A stretch of 64,000 bases of DNA from Candidatus Omnitrophota bacterium. Its GTDB lineage: Bacteria > Omnitrophota > Gorgyraeia > B26-G9. The notes below the pieces were generated by a model that saw only the letters and a list, made by a program, of their open reading frames with translations, had not been told where the DNA came from and searched no databases. The stretch spans positions 21,660 to 85,659 of the forward strand of contig JBDRPX010000030.1 of the NCBI GenBank assembly GCA_043826565.1. The letters run 5' to 3'. Positions 27,755 to 38,746 of the stretch are shown one piece after another; the first letter of the stretch is position 1; the number at the start of each line of letters is the position of its first letter. The position numbers and the translations under genes are program-made.

Positions 27755-27919
27755 TTATTTTCCGATAATAAAACGTATATTATTTGCCGCAGCGCCACCA
27801 ATATTTAATGTAGCAACTTTTTCGGCATTCTCTACTTGATACCCCTCAGCTGTTCCCGTAGATATAAATACCCTAAACAGCAGATTATATTTTTGTGCTA
27901 ACACAGCTTTTAAAATCAT
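27755..27919 (-). CDS. Small 54-aa ORF or gene remnant
   Basis: GAGGG SD, MILKAVLAQKYNLLFRVFISTGTAEGYQVENAEKVATLNIGGAAANNIRFIIGK*, fills the operon gap exactly. Confidence 0.4.
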   Translation of the reverse strand: MILKAVLAQKYNLLFRVFISTGTAEGYQVENAEKVATLNIGGAAANNIRFIIGK

Positions 27920-27922
27920 CTT

Positions 27923-29113
27923 CTACCCTCTGACCTCTGTAATTTGTACTAATATATCCTTTACTTCGGCAGCGCGAATCTGCCATGAATGTTTCGCGGC
28001 AATCTCTTTTCTCTTCTCAGCCAATTGCCCATCTTCGCGCAAACTCTCCCGTATCTGAGATTCAAAATTTTTATCATTATGCGCAATTCTGACTATTCCC
28101 GAAAAATCCGCCACCCCCGGCAAATCAGTAGAAACAACCGGCTTGCCGGTGGCTAAGTATTCATACACTTTTAACGGCGAACAAAATCTGCTAAACATAG
28201 AATCCATTTTATAGGGAATAATACAAACATTAAATGCCTTTATATAACTGGGAAGCTTTTCATATGGCCGGAATTCAAATAGATGAATATTCCGATGTGC
28301 TGCCTGCAATTCTCTCATTTCTTTATAATGCATTCTACTTCCAATAAAAACAAACGTCCAATCCTTATTTCGCTCCGCTATCCAACTAATTAAGTCCGTA
28401 TCTATACGGTATGAAAAATTACCCACAAAACCGATGACAGGAGACGGCAGCTGCTGCATTTCTTTAGCCACTACTATGTCCGGATCATCTACTTTGCCGA
28501 AATGACGAATATCTGCGGCATTAGAAATAAGGCGAAGATTTTTAGTCTTGGCCTGCTTTGCCTCATAAAGCTCCTGGGAAACAACCAATGTCATATCTGC
28601 TGTGGCTAAAATTTCATCTTCTTTGGCAATTAACTCTTTTTTTGTCCGGAAAAAGCGGTTATATACCCGCATTGTATAGTCATCAAAACAATCAAATATT
28701 TTTAATACCCCGGGAAATAAATCCGCATAACTTAGTTGAAAGGGATCGGTTAACCAAACAATAAGCGAAGACGGCATAGCAGCTTGTTCTAATATTTTAC
28801 TAATTTGTCTTTTTAGCACCTTCCTGTTTATATAATCCAAAAATGGGATTTTGACAGCGAAATTAGTATTCAAAAAAATCCAAGGCTGATAAACAAATAA
28901 ATTCGGCTTGACTGTTCTGACCTTTTTTTGCTTCCGGTGATTCTTGCGCCACTGCCGGTAATTTTTCAGAGGAGAAATCACATAATCTATAGGATTTTCA
29001 ATACAAAGGATCGCCATCTCCGGCATAAGTTCTGCCAAAGCACTAAGTAAGTAAAAACCACGCCATGGATGACCCCATTCACAAGGTAAAAATACAATAA
29101 TAGTTTTTTTCAT
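27923..29113 (-). CDS. GT-B glycosyltransferase (TuaH/GumI-like)
   Basis: FDCFDD, VIGFVG, RPYEKLP, PLKVYEYLATGKPVVST. Confidence 0.85.
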   Translation of the reverse strand: MKKTIIVFLPCEWGHPWRGFYLLSALAELMPEMAILCIENPIDYVISPLKNYRQWRKNHRKQKKVRTVKPNLFVYQPWIFLNTNFAVKIPFLDYINRKVLKRQISKILEQAAMPSSLIVWLTDPFQLSYADLFPGVLKIFDCFDDYTMRVYNRFFRTKKELIAKEDEILATADMTLVVSQELYEAKQAKTKNLRLISNAADIRHFGKVDDPDIVVAKEMQQLPSPVIGFVGNFSYRIDTDLISWIAERNKDWTFVFIGSRMHYKEMRELQAAHRNIHLFEFRPYEKLPSYIKAFNVCIIPYKMDSMFSRFCSPLKVYEYLATGKPVVSTDLPGVADFSGIVRIAHNDKNFESQIRESLREDGQLAEKRKEIAAKHSWQIRAAEVKDILVQITEVRG

Positions 29114-29217
29114 ACTAACAATCCAATTTCTTTAATAACATTTTTGGCAATAGTATCCAAAATATTCGTTTTGAACCTAACTATACAACTCTCTTTTGTT
29201 TACTAGCCTCTTTCTTT

Positions 29218-30348
29218 TCATGCAGTCACAATAATTTGATTATATATTCTTTCCAATTGCCTAGTATTGGTTCTTTCATTAAACAATTTTTCGACTCTTT
29301 CTTTGCCCTTTTGACCGAAAAGCTTTGCCCTTGCAGGATTATTTATCATTTCCGAAATAGCTTTTGCTAACGCTTCAGGATTGCCCGGCGGAACCAATAA
29401 GCCCGTAACACCATCCTCTACAACTTCAGGGGCACCCCCTGAACAAGTGCCAATAACTGGCTTTCCTACAGCCATCGCTTCAATCAAAACACGCCCAAAG
29501 GGTTCCTTTTCAGATGGCAACACCAATATATCCATAGTAGAATATAATTCACGTGTATTATTAATAAATCCAGAAAAAACAATATTCTGTTCTAAATTTA
29601 AAGTCTTACTCAGTTCTTTCAAATAAGAAAAACAATTAGACTCTTTGCTTATCGAAATATCACCTGCGATAAGTAATCTGACCTGAGAATATTGTTTTAC
29701 CAATAAATCCATAGCTTTAATAAGGAAATGTATTCCTTTTGCTTTTTTAATTTGCCCTACGTATCCTATTAAAAAAGCATCCTTTTCAATGCCATATTTT
29801 TCTCTAAAACTACCTGCACTAGCAGTAGAATAACTTTCATCCAAGGAAACAGAATTATAAATTACTATGGATTTCTGCGTGTTTCTCAAATACTTTGAAT
29901 AACTTAGTTCCGTAGCGCTAGAATTAGCAATTAATGTTTTTGTAAGAAATAAAAAATTATTATAGTAACAAGGTTTGGTAATAATGTTTCTGATATGACA
30001 TACTAACGGTACCTTAGTAAATAAGGATGCTATCACTGCATATTGGTTGGATATATACATATTGCAATGAATGAGGCTTATTTTTTCAAGTTTTATTACC
30101 TTAATAAGCCATCGTAAAGTTTTTAAATAAGAAAAAACTGTCCCAAGATTTTTCTTTTTTATATTAGCTAAAGGGTATAAATGAGTTTTTATATTCATTG
30201 ATTTAATCTGCTCTACCAACGGGCCGTTTCCAGTAAGTATAACTATGGGAGTAAATACCTTTTGATCTAAACCCTTTAATAGACAAAGTAAGCTCTTTTC
30301 TGCACCAGCTATTTCCGAAGTATGAGAAATATAAAGTATTTTCTTCAT
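29218..30348 (-). CDS. Glycosyltransferase family 4
   Basis: Likely start MKKILYI; AGAE, EPFGRVLIEAMA. Confidence 0.9.
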   Translation of the reverse strand: MKKILYISHTSEIAGAEKSLLCLLKGLDQKVFTPIVILTGNGPLVEQIKSMNIKTHLYPLANIKKKNLGTVFSYLKTLRWLIKVIKLEKISLIHCNMYISNQYAVIASLFTKVPLVCHIRNIITKPCYYNNFLFLTKTLIANSSATELSYSKYLRNTQKSIVIYNSVSLDESYSTASAGSFREKYGIEKDAFLIGYVGQIKKAKGIHFLIKAMDLLVKQYSQVRLLIAGDISISKESNCFSYLKELSKTLNLEQNIVFSGFINNTRELYSTMDILVLPSEKEPFGRVLIEAMAVGKPVIGTCSGGAPEVVEDGVTGLLVPPGNPEALAKAISEMINNPARAKLFGQKGKERVEKLFNERTNTRQLERIYNQIIVTA

Positions 30349-30352
30349 ATGT

Positions 30353-31498
30353 TCAAGCCCTTGTCTGTACATTATTTAAAATCATTTCAATTTTATTTCC
30401 TGCTATGTTCCAATTCATCTCTTTCTCTACCCTTTGTCTCCCATTTTCACCCAGTTCTTTTGCATATTTTTCGTCTTTCAGTAAACATAAGATTGCTTGA
30501 GAAATTTCATCAATATCATCGGGATTAACTAAAATCCCGGTAACGCCGTCGATCACTGCATCGTCTACCCCGCCAGACTTTCCGGCAATAACGGGCTTTC
30601 CACATGCATTAGCCTCCAAATAAACAATCCCGAAACTCTCATAATCAATGTCTATCGTCTTAGATGGCATTACAAAAATATCGCAAATGTTATAATACAG
30701 CTGTATGTCTTCATGTTTTATTTGTCCAAGGAATTTTACATATTCTTCTAATCCTAATTCTCTTGTCAAGCTTTCAAGCCTTGTTCTTTCTTCACCTTCA
30801 CCCAAAATTACATACGTAACATTTTCTACCTCTTTAATTACAACAGCTAACGCTTTTAAGATATTTTCGTGGTTTTTTTTCGCTACCAAGCGTGCAACGG
30901 TTAGCAATATCTTGTTGTCATTTAGCTTAAGTTCTTCCTTCATTTTGACGCCCTTATCAACCATTTTCAATACTTCTACATCAACCCCGGGATTAAGTAT
31001 CTGTATCTTTTCCAAAGGATATCCTCGTTCATGGACAAGATTTCTGGTTACTTGACTGTTTGCAATAATTCCTTTCGCATTCTTCAATACTATTCCTGAA
31101 GCCCATTTATCCACAAATGTGAACCGGCTAAAATAAGCATTAAATTCTGTGCCATGCACTAAAATTACATACGGAACTTTTAAAATAATCCTAGAAAGAA
31201 CGCCTCCCAGCCAATGCGTTGATCCAAAGTGACCAAAAAAAACAATATCTATATTATTCTTTAGAACAAGATAGAGCAATTTACTAATCGCCTCTATTGA
31301 TGTTGGCCTAAGATTTCCCTTTAGCCTGATAATTTCAAATCCCTGCGCTAAATCAAACTTTTCGCTCCCCTTTATACTATTAGCCAGCACCACAAGCTTA
31401 TGACCTTTTTGATGTAAGGATTTACATATATTGTAATCAAAATTCGCAATCCCTCCATTTAAGGGCGGAAAATTTGAAGTAACAAATAAAATGTTCAT
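30353..31498 (-). CDS. Glycosyltransferase family 4 (PimB-like)
   Basis: FPPLNGGI, HGTE, ESFGIVYLEANA. Confidence 0.9.
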   Translation of the reverse strand: MNILFVTSNFPPLNGGIANFDYNICKSLHQKGHKLVVLANSIKGSEKFDLAQGFEIIRLKGNLRPTSIEAISKLLYLVLKNNIDIVFFGHFGSTHWLGGVLSRIILKVPYVILVHGTEFNAYFSRFTFVDKWASGIVLKNAKGIIANSQVTRNLVHERGYPLEKIQILNPGVDVEVLKMVDKGVKMKEELKLNDNKILLTVARLVAKKNHENILKALAVVIKEVENVTYVILGEGEERTRLESLTRELGLEEYVKFLGQIKHEDIQLYYNICDIFVMPSKTIDIDYESFGIVYLEANACGKPVIAGKSGGVDDAVIDGVTGILVNPDDIDEISQAILCLLKDEKYAKELGENGRQRVEKEMNWNIAGNKIEMILNNVQTRA

Positions 31499-31499
31499 A

Positions 31500-32201
31500 T
31501 TATTTATCTACCTTTGCAATAAATTGAATATGCCCGGCAAAATCTAAAGGAGCTCTTTTAGCTATATACTCATAAGCTCTTCTATAATCATCTGATAAAC
31601 GACCACGCTTTATATACGATATCACCGCTCTACAAATAAGTATCATATAAACCAATCCCACGATAATAGTTTGCATTATACAAAATGCCGCTTTTTCTCC
31701 TAACTTTCGTGGAAGCAAACGAGTTAATAAATTTCGCATAATCAATGAAAAAGCATTGATCCCGTTTCTTATCTCAATCTGAACATACCCTGCTTTTTTT
31801 AATATAAACTTCACGCCCACAGGATTAAATGAATAGTACATACATTTATCATGAGATGGTTCTAAATATGAAACGCTTCCAATTATCTTTCCGCCAGGCA
31901 TTAAAACTCTCTTAACCTCTCGTAAGAATTTTTCCGGACAAGGAACATGTTCAAGAACTTGCCAGAGGATAATGAGATTAAAAGAATTTTCTTTAAATGG
32001 TAATGCCGTTCCATCACATTGAACTATTCCCTGCCCCCGCGAAATGTCAACATCACAACCTGTATAGCTATATCCAGCATTTTCAACAAGTTCTCTGGCC
32101 CAACCACTTCCACACCCCACATCTAAACATAAGCCTTTTCCGCGAGGAATGTTAAGCTGAGTATCTTTCCAATTAAATTTCCAATCAGTAAATAATGACA
32201 T
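31500..32201 (-). CDS. Class I SAM-dependent methyltransferase
   Basis: Start moved to ATG 32201 (AAGGA SD); LDVGCGSG, LPF, VLEHV, RVLMPGG. Confidence 0.88.
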   Translation of the reverse strand: MSLFTDWKFNWKDTQLNIPRGKGLCLDVGCGSGWARELVENAGYSYTGCDVDISRGQGIVQCDGTALPFKENSFNLIILWQVLEHVPCPEKFLREVKRVLMPGGKIIGSVSYLEPSHDKCMYYSFNPVGVKFILKKAGYVQIEIRNGINAFSLIMRNLLTRLLPRKLGEKAAFCIMQTIIVGLVYMILICRAVISYIKRGRLSDDYRRAYEYIAKRAPLDFAGHIQFIAKVDK

Positions 32202-32202
32202 T

Positions 32203-33300
32203 TTATCCTTTGAATGTTTTTGTAACTGCTTGAAAAAACTTTTCACATACCATATCCCATGAAGATAGTTTGCTGAATTTTGCAAATGAAGCTTGAGACA
32301 TTTCACATCTCAGTTTTGAATCAACAATTAATTTCCTGATAGCTTTAGCCAATATTTCACTATCTGCCGGCGCAACTAAAATACCTTCACGCTCATTTGT
32401 CAATTGCTCAGGAATTCCACCGACGTTACTTGCTACAATCGGTATCCCAAACGACATAGCCTCCTGAATTACCACACCGTAGGCCTCATAAAGAGAAGGT
32501 AGCACAAATATATCTGCATCCTTATACATTTGCACTAAAGCCTCTCCCTCTAACCGTCCACACAGCGTTACCTTGTCTACTAACTTATATTTTTCTATTA
32601 AACCTCTAAGTTCCTGCTCATATTCTATTTCCTTCACTCCACCAACAAGAGAACATTTCCAATTGTAATCCTCTATTTGCTTTAAGGCTTCTATCAAATA
32701 CCTTTGTCCTTTCAACTCTCGAATATGTGCCACACATAAAATATTTACCACATTTGTACTTTTTCGTTTCCATTTTTCTTGATTGTTTTTTACTTTAGAA
32801 GATGAATAAACTACTTTGATTTTATGTTTATTTGCCTTATAATTGTCGCTCAACTCCTTGCTTAAATATTCACTATTAACAGTCAGCAAATGTGCTGATT
32901 GTACATACAAAAACAACATAACATCCCTCAACAACTTATTAATACCCCATTTCAATCTAGGGCTAGGTATTTGCCTGAAACTAACAATAATTTTAATATC
33001 CTTTCTAAATAGACGTATGAACCAGTTTGATAAAATAAACGCATGATAAAATGTCCCCTCTTGTAGGATAATAGCTTTTTTTGCAAGACGGGTAAAACGC
33101 CGAATAAAATATGCGTTGATTTTAAGGGCATTCTTTGGACGATTTAAAAAATTTATATCAGATTCATCCGGTAAAATAACCGTAACATCTTCCTTGTTTT
33201 TTAAATCCTCCAACACTTTGGAATAAAAAAGCTCGCCCCCCGTTTGGGGAGAAGGAAATAAGTTAATACAATAATATATGATCAAATTTGTATTGTGCAA
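32203..33300 (-). CDS. Glycosyltransferase family 4
   Basis: TGG, KGQ, EAYGVVIQEAM. Confidence 0.88.
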   Translation of the reverse strand: MHNTNLIIYYCINLFPSPQTGGELFYSKVLEDLKNKEDVTVILPDESDINFLNRPKNALKINAYFIRRFTRLAKKAIILQEGTFYHAFILSNWFIRLFRKDIKIIVSFRQIPSPRLKWGINKLLRDVMLFLYVQSAHLLTVNSEYLSKELSDNYKANKHKIKVVYSSSKVKNNQEKWKRKSTNVVNILCVAHIRELKGQRYLIEALKQIEDYNWKCSLVGGVKEIEYEQELRGLIEKYKLVDKVTLCGRLEGEALVQMYKDADIFVLPSLYEAYGVVIQEAMSFGIPIVASNVGGIPEQLTNEREGILVAPADSEILAKAIRKLIVDSKLRCEMSQASFAKFSKLSSWDMVCEKFFQAVTKTFKG

Positions 33301-35612
33301 GATTGGCCTGCCTCATTCTGAGTAGTAATACTTTTCTCTATAAAATTTATATTGCATTCATCTGTTGAATAAATATCCTTGAAGTTTTCCTTTTTAAATG
33401 GCACCAACTCCGCCACTGAAAAAATAGAGTCCCTTTCATGATTCTTTTCCAATTTAAAATCACTCATTGAATACACACTACAAGGCCCTCTTGGATTGCT
33501 TGGAATATCTGTTTTTATTATTTTTCTATACCCTTCTACCCCCCACACCCCAAGATGATTATACATAAACCCTTGTTCATGATTTCTGGAAATAAAACCG
33601 CTACCTTTCAACTCAACTTCCCATCCATCGTCACTCCTTGCACACATTGCACTTAAATTTTTTACCTCAATGTTTTTCAATTTATCAAATATCTTCAGCT
33701 TTGAAACCATAATAATTCTATTAGAAAAACAATGATATTTTTTTTCAAATAAGAAACTTTCAAATGATTTTCTATAAGTAATTATTGTCGCATATTTTTC
33801 TTTTTTTTTGGCAATGATAAGTCCTGGACCATAACAATATTTTCTATTGCCGTCAATCACGAAAAAAGGAAGATCTGTCGTTGGCAAATAGCCTGGTTTT
33901 AGATGTTCCAAAATAGGCAATAGACTACCTTTTCCTGGAATACCTAACATCGCTATTCCTGCTATACCAACCTGATGTATTCCCCCCGACCATGCTGCTG
34001 CCGCTTCACATCCTCCAAATAGTCCTAAGTAGTAATTCAACCCTCCCACAATGCAAAAATTAGATTCCTCCATGTTAATGATACAGTCCTGCCTTTCCAT
34101 CGGAATAGCTACATCAGTTGTCGGAGAAATTAGTTTATCGTCGACATTAAAAAGAAAATATCCACATAGCGCATTATAGGTAGTAGCATTGTGATTCCAT
34201 GCCATTCTAATCTTCCCATATTGATTCATCGCAGTTGGCATAAGTTTATTATCCTCCACCCACCTCTGAAGATATCCTATTGCTTTATTAACCGCCCTTT
34301 TAAACTGATCTGATCGAGTTTTATTTTTAGTCCTTTTCGATGCTTCATAAAAAGCATAAATTGCTGAAACTTGGTGATAAATGTTATTTGCTCCTCTTCC
34401 CATATATGCTACTTCACCATCTGGGGTTAAAAGATTTAGAGAAAATTGACATCCTTTAAGAAAAATGTTTAACAATTTTGGGTCATCATTGTAAATTAGT
34501 GCTCGAGCTAAACACGCTAAGGAGTATTGATGATACGTAATATCCCGGTTGCTTAAATTACTATATCTTTCTCTAAAATTATCGCAAATCAGCCCATCTT
34601 TAGATTGATCCTCCTCAAGACGCTTCAAGCATTGACCCACTCTTTTTGACTCTGATTTTCCCGTATAACGATGTCTCGTACTGTGCCAATGAACTCTTAA
34701 GGCATATACGTTAGTGGGCTGATAATGTGTAGTTTCTTTCATTTTAAATAAAAACTTGTTATATTTTGTTACGTCCTCATCTTCTGAAAGCAATTTTACA
34801 CACTCTACAAATACAGGATTTTTAAAATCTGTATTTTGCCACGCAATGGATGATGCTAAATAGTCGCTATATATTCGTATCATAAAATCCATCGCTAATT
34901 TCGCGCTTTTTAGAAATTCTTTATCGCCCGTTGTCGCATGGCATCTAAGAAAACAATATGCGGCATAAATCGTAACATAGTGGTCACCTGGTACTTGTGG
35001 AGGATACGCACTGCTTTCGGAATCCAGATTAAAATCAATAATTCCGCCTAAATCATAGGATTTCAAAAAAATTTCAATTTTATCAAAATGTTTTTTTAAG
35101 GAGATGAATAAAAAGGTGACCCCTCCTAAATTATCGAGATTTTGCCGGCGTTTTCGGGATCGCAAATAACTCATAATGTTTATTTGTCTAGTATCACGCC
35201 ACTCACCGAAAAATTTCTTTAAAATATAACTCGTTTTTCCGAAATATCTTTGCTTTTTGAGCGAAATTACGTCTTCCATAACTTCTGCATGACTTGGAAT
35301 CTTTATGTCTTTGCGGAGATCATTAGTAACATTTTTTTCAGCTAATGGAAGCCGAAAAAAATCTCCTTTACACACAGAGCACACTTTTTTTTCTTCCTCT
35401 TTGTCATAGATAACTACATGTAACTTCTTCTTATTAAAATAGAATTTAGCTTTAATCGATTTTCCATGGCGATATGTATCTATATCTATCCATTTTGATT
35501 CAAAAGATCCACTATCAACCTTAGCAAGTGTTACCCGTTGATCCTCCGCAATAACTTGTTGAGCAAAAAGAATGTTTGAGATATTCAATGCGATTTTATT
35601 TAAATTTGTCAT
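33282..35612 (-). CDS. Hypothetical protein, possible (alpha/alpha)-toroid carbohydrate-active fold
   Basis: Long ORF, likely start ATG 35612; helical core with TYHQYS and PDGEVAYMGRG motifs; beta-rich C-terminus. Confidence 0.5.
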   Translation of the reverse strand: MTNLNKIALNISNILFAQQVIAEDQRVTLAKVDSGSFESKWIDIDTYRHGKSIKAKFYFNKKKLHVVIYDKEEEKKVCSVCKGDFFRLPLAEKNVTNDLRKDIKIPSHAEVMEDVISLKKQRYFGKTSYILKKFFGEWRDTRQINIMSYLRSRKRRQNLDNLGGVTFLFISLKKHFDKIEIFLKSYDLGGIIDFNLDSESSAYPPQVPGDHYVTIYAAYCFLRCHATTGDKEFLKSAKLAMDFMIRIYSDYLASSIAWQNTDFKNPVFVECVKLLSEDEDVTKYNKFLFKMKETTHYQPTNVYALRVHWHSTRHRYTGKSESKRVGQCLKRLEEDQSKDGLICDNFRERYSNLSNRDITYHQYSLACLARALIYNDDPKLLNIFLKGCQFSLNLLTPDGEVAYMGRGANNIYHQVSAIYAFYEASKRTKNKTRSDQFKRAVNKAIGYLQRWVEDNKLMPTAMNQYGKIRMAWNHNATTYNALCGYFLFNVDDKLISPTTDVAIPMERQDCIINMEESNFCIVGGLNYYLGLFGGCEAAAAWSGGIHQVGIAGIAMLGIPGKGSLLPILEHLKPGYLPTTDLPFFVIDGNRKYCYGPGLIIAKKKEKYATIITYRKSFESFLFEKKYHCFSNRIIMVSKLKIFDKLKNIEVKNLSAMCARSDDGWEVELKGSGFISRNHEQGFMYNHLGVWGVEGYRKIIKTDIPSNPRGPCSVYSMSDFKLEKNHERDSIFSVAELVPFKKENFKDIYSTDECNINFIEKSITTQNEAGQSCTIQI

Positions 35613-35643
35613 TTTTCCCAATTCTCGTGCATTTAATAATAAG

Positions 35644-36603
35644 TTAATTAAATAAATACGGAATATTTGAGTAATCCACAAGTTTTTTCTTTCCGCGGTC
35701 TATTTTATCCTTATAAACAAAATGAAATAGGCTATCAAACAATACTTTTGGATTCGGCAAGAAAAACCCGACTTTATATGCCTTGATTAAGCAGTCTATC
35801 GATAGTCTGTTGCGCAATGACTTGTGCGCTAATATTGCCCCTTGATAAAAATATTCTCTTATTTGACCCGTTATAATCTTATTCATTTGTTTAGAAATTT
35901 TATTGTTTGATTTAAACTTTTTCAGAACTGCAAGATGAGTTAATGTTGAATACACTGGATCTCTTTTGCTTATCCCCTCTTTATTTATCCTAAATATTAC
36001 AAGTGGGTCGTCAACATAGTCAAAACAACATACTTGTGCTAAACGTAACCACATATCATAATCTTCAGAAGGACTCATCCTTTGGTCGAATAATCCCACC
36101 CTTTGGATCAAAGACTTTTTTACCACAACTGTTGATGTTCTAACAAAATATGACTGGAGCAATTCTAAAAGCACATCTCCTCTGTATGCTTTCTTCCACT
36201 GAAATGTTGTTTGCGGTTGTCTTTCTCCATATTCCTCTCTAAAGTAATCAGAATAAACTAAACCAGTTTGTTCATTTTCAGTGAAAAGCTTCATCTGTTT
36301 CTCAAGCTTATTTGAAATCCAACTATCATCAGAGTCTAAAAAAGCAACGAATTCTCCTGTGCTCTTCTTTATTCCCTCATTTCTAGCAAAAGCTACTCCT
36401 TTATTAGGTTGCCAAATATATTTTATATTTTCAGAAAACTGTGCCACCATCTTATCTGTTCCATCAGTAGACCCATCATCCACAATTATTATCTCTATGT
36501 TTGCGTATGTTTGATCAAGCACGCTTTTTACCGCATTTTGAAGATATTTTCTTCGATTAAATGTAGGAATTATAACACTTACTAATGGATAATAATTTCC
36601 CAT
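35644..36603 (-). CDS. Glycosyltransferase family 2
   Basis: VSVIIPTFNR, VDDGSTD, ARNEG, FLDSDD, EDYDMW. Confidence 0.93.
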   Translation of the reverse strand: MGNYYPLVSVIIPTFNRRKYLQNAVKSVLDQTYANIEIIIVDDGSTDGTDKMVAQFSENIKYIWQPNKGVAFARNEGIKKSTGEFVAFLDSDDSWISNKLEKQMKLFTENEQTGLVYSDYFREEYGERQPQTTFQWKKAYRGDVLLELLQSYFVRTSTVVVKKSLIQRVGLFDQRMSPSEDYDMWLRLAQVCCFDYVDDPLVIFRINKEGISKRDPVYSTLTHLAVLKKFKSNNKISKQMNKIITGQIREYFYQGAILAHKSLRNRLSIDCLIKAYKVGFFLPNPKVLFDSLFHFVYKDKIDRGKKKLVDYSNIPYLFN

Positions 36604-36605
36604 TT

Positions 36606-37817
36606 CTACACTCTTGTTCCTTTCTCACTATTATTGTACATTTGTATTAAACTATTGCGATGTTTTTCCGGGTCAAATAAATCCAAAGCTATTTCTCTAC
36701 TTTTCACACTCATTTTTTTTGCCAGTTCTTTATCTTCAAGTATCCTATTAATCCTATTTGCCAGCATTTTCACATCGCATGGTTTCACCAAATATCCATT
36801 TTCATTATCAAAGCACCATGATGTTGAAATTCCTCCGACATCAAAGGCCACTACAGGAAGTCCATATGAAATCGCTTCTTGGCCTATTAATCCAAAAGTT
36901 TCCGGACAAATAGACGGGACTACCATTACCGAAGCAGTTGTATACTCCTCCTGCAATTTCCGATTATCACCTGCCCCATGAAAAACAACTTTTTCCTCTA
37001 TATTCAGAGTTTTAGCAAGTTCTTTAAGATTTTGAAGATAATCCCCCTCTCCAATAATGCTTATGGTATGTTTCTCTATAATATTCTGGCTTGCTTGTAA
37101 CAAAAATTGTGCACCCTTTACATCGCTTATCCTTCCGACAAAGAGAATTTTGTTAAAATCTTTCTTATAACCTTTATTCCTAATATCATAAAGGCCGTCA
37201 AAAGATGGGGTGATTATGCTTATTTTTGTCTTTTGTATTTTAATTTTCAATAGCATTCTTTTCATATATTCATTCATAACAACTACCCTTGCCGCATCAT
37301 TGTGTAATTGTATGTTCTCTTTAACTTTTTGGTATCTTCTCCACATCGTTCTTATCCCTGCAGCCCTTCCGGAAAAAATATATTTACATACGATGCATAA
37401 TAATCCTGTCTGCCTTTCACATATACGATTACCTTTTAACAGTCTACTTTTTGACTTTGTCGGACAATCAAGATAATGGGTATGAGCTGTTATAACTGTC
37501 TTATGCTTATTTATAACTTTTTTAATAGTCTCTACATCCTCAAACACCTCTACGTTATGAAAATGCACAATATCCGGATTTTCTTTCACTATGATATCAA
37601 AAATAAACTTGCTTCCTTGTCGTGCAATAGTAAAGTTACTGCTCATGTCTTTTAAATAATACTTTTTCACCATTGGCTGAAAGTCTTCCGGAACTTTTTT
37701 ATCTCCATAAATAACAACAATTTCACAGCCCTCATCGCTAAGCAGCTGAATATCACTTCTCATCACATTTTCGGCGCCACCGATAGAACCATATTTACCT
37801 ATAAACAAAATTCGCAC
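36606..37817 (-). CDS. Glycosyltransferase family 4
   Basis: GGAE, VGRISDVKG, ETFGLIGQEA. Confidence 0.88.
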   Translation of the reverse strand: MRILFIGKYGSIGGAENVMRSDIQLLSDEGCEIVVIYGDKKVPEDFQPMVKKYYLKDMSSNFTIARQGSKFIFDIIVKENPDIVHFHNVEVFEDVETIKKVINKHKTVITAHTHYLDCPTKSKSRLLKGNRICERQTGLLCIVCKYIFSGRAAGIRTMWRRYQKVKENIQLHNDAARVVVMNEYMKRMLLKIKIQKTKISIITPSFDGLYDIRNKGYKKDFNKILFVGRISDVKGAQFLLQASQNIIEKHTISIIGEGDYLQNLKELAKTLNIEEKVVFHGAGDNRKLQEEYTTASVMVVPSICPETFGLIGQEAISYGLPVVAFDVGGISTSWCFDNENGYLVKPCDVKMLANRINRILEDKELAKKMSVKSREIALDLFDPEKHRNSLIQMYNNSEKGTRV

Positions 37818-37909
37818 TTTATGCTTTCTCCTTTTAAAAATATCTCCTTACTTAAATCTAAATAAATCATCTCTAATCTTTAACAACATTAAGTTAATTA
37901 ATCGCTGTT

Positions 37910-38746
37910 TTATTTTCTAAATATTGCCATGTGTTGTTTTCCAACATCATCATCGACTTTTGAGCCCTCTACTTTAGTAATTCTAATTTCTTTAAATCCG
38001 CTATCCATCAAAAGTTTTTTAATTTCATCATACCCATAATAAACCATTCTGAGTCTTACTCTTGCTCTGTACCATTTTACGTAAGATTTTATATTTGGAT
38101 TTGCTTTTTCTTCACTTATTTTATCATTAATTATTAAATGAACAAGAGCCCTTCCCTGGGGCTTAAGAATCCGTGTGAATTCTTTTAAGAAGACTTTGGT
38201 TTGTTTTTTCTCTAAATGTTGAAAAACTGCAAATGAATAAATAAAATCAATACTACTATCGCTAATTTTGCCCAAACCCAAGTTTGAATTAGTCATGTAT
38301 TGTATATTATCCTCTAAATTCAACTCTCGAGCACAGGCTATTGTTCCGGCAGAAACATCTGTAGCCAAAACCTTCGAAACATATTTACTTACTTCCCTCG
38401 CAAGATACCCAGGCCCACATCCAAAATCCAAAACAACATCATTTGAATGCAAATAATCTTTAAGAATACTATTGCAAATAGCCTTTCTGGAAATAATATT
38501 CCTACTATTTTCCCTGTATAATATTTCCCTGTGCTTCAAATTAGCGGGGTAGCAGCTATCCCACTGGTAAATAAAATAATGCGGGCTCAAAGAAAGAAGG
38601 TGCAACGCCAATGTCTCACGAAAAGATCTCGGTACAATTTTAAACAACCAAGAGATCCAATGCCTATTTAAAAACTCATGCTTCTTTGACCCGGCAACTA
38701 CTAGTCGTAATATCTTATACATCATTGGTTTAGAACGTTTTTTCAT
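37910..38746 (-). CDS. Class I SAM-dependent methyltransferase
   Basis: Start at ATG overlapping upstream TGA; VLDFGCGPG, VFQHL, RILKPQG. Confidence 0.87.
   Translation of the reverse strand: MKKRSKPMMYKILRLVVAGSKKHEFLNRHWISWLFKIVPRSFRETLALHLLSLSPHYFIYQWDSCYPANLKHREILYRENSRNIISRKAICNSILKDYLHSNDVVLDFGCGPGYLAREVSKYVSKVLATDVSAGTIACARELNLEDNIQYMTNSNLGLGKISDSSIDFIYSFAVFQHLEKKQTKVFLKEFTRILKPQGRALVHLIINDKISEEKANPNIKSYVKWYRARVRLRMVYYGYDEIKKLLMDSGFKEIRITKVEGSKVDDDVGKQHMAIFRK

Noticed and set aside
33795-33809. A9 tracts in coding regions (also just after the patatin ATG) as phase-variation sites
   Set aside because: They are in frame, Lys-coding and expected in AT-rich DNA; no evidence of slippage.
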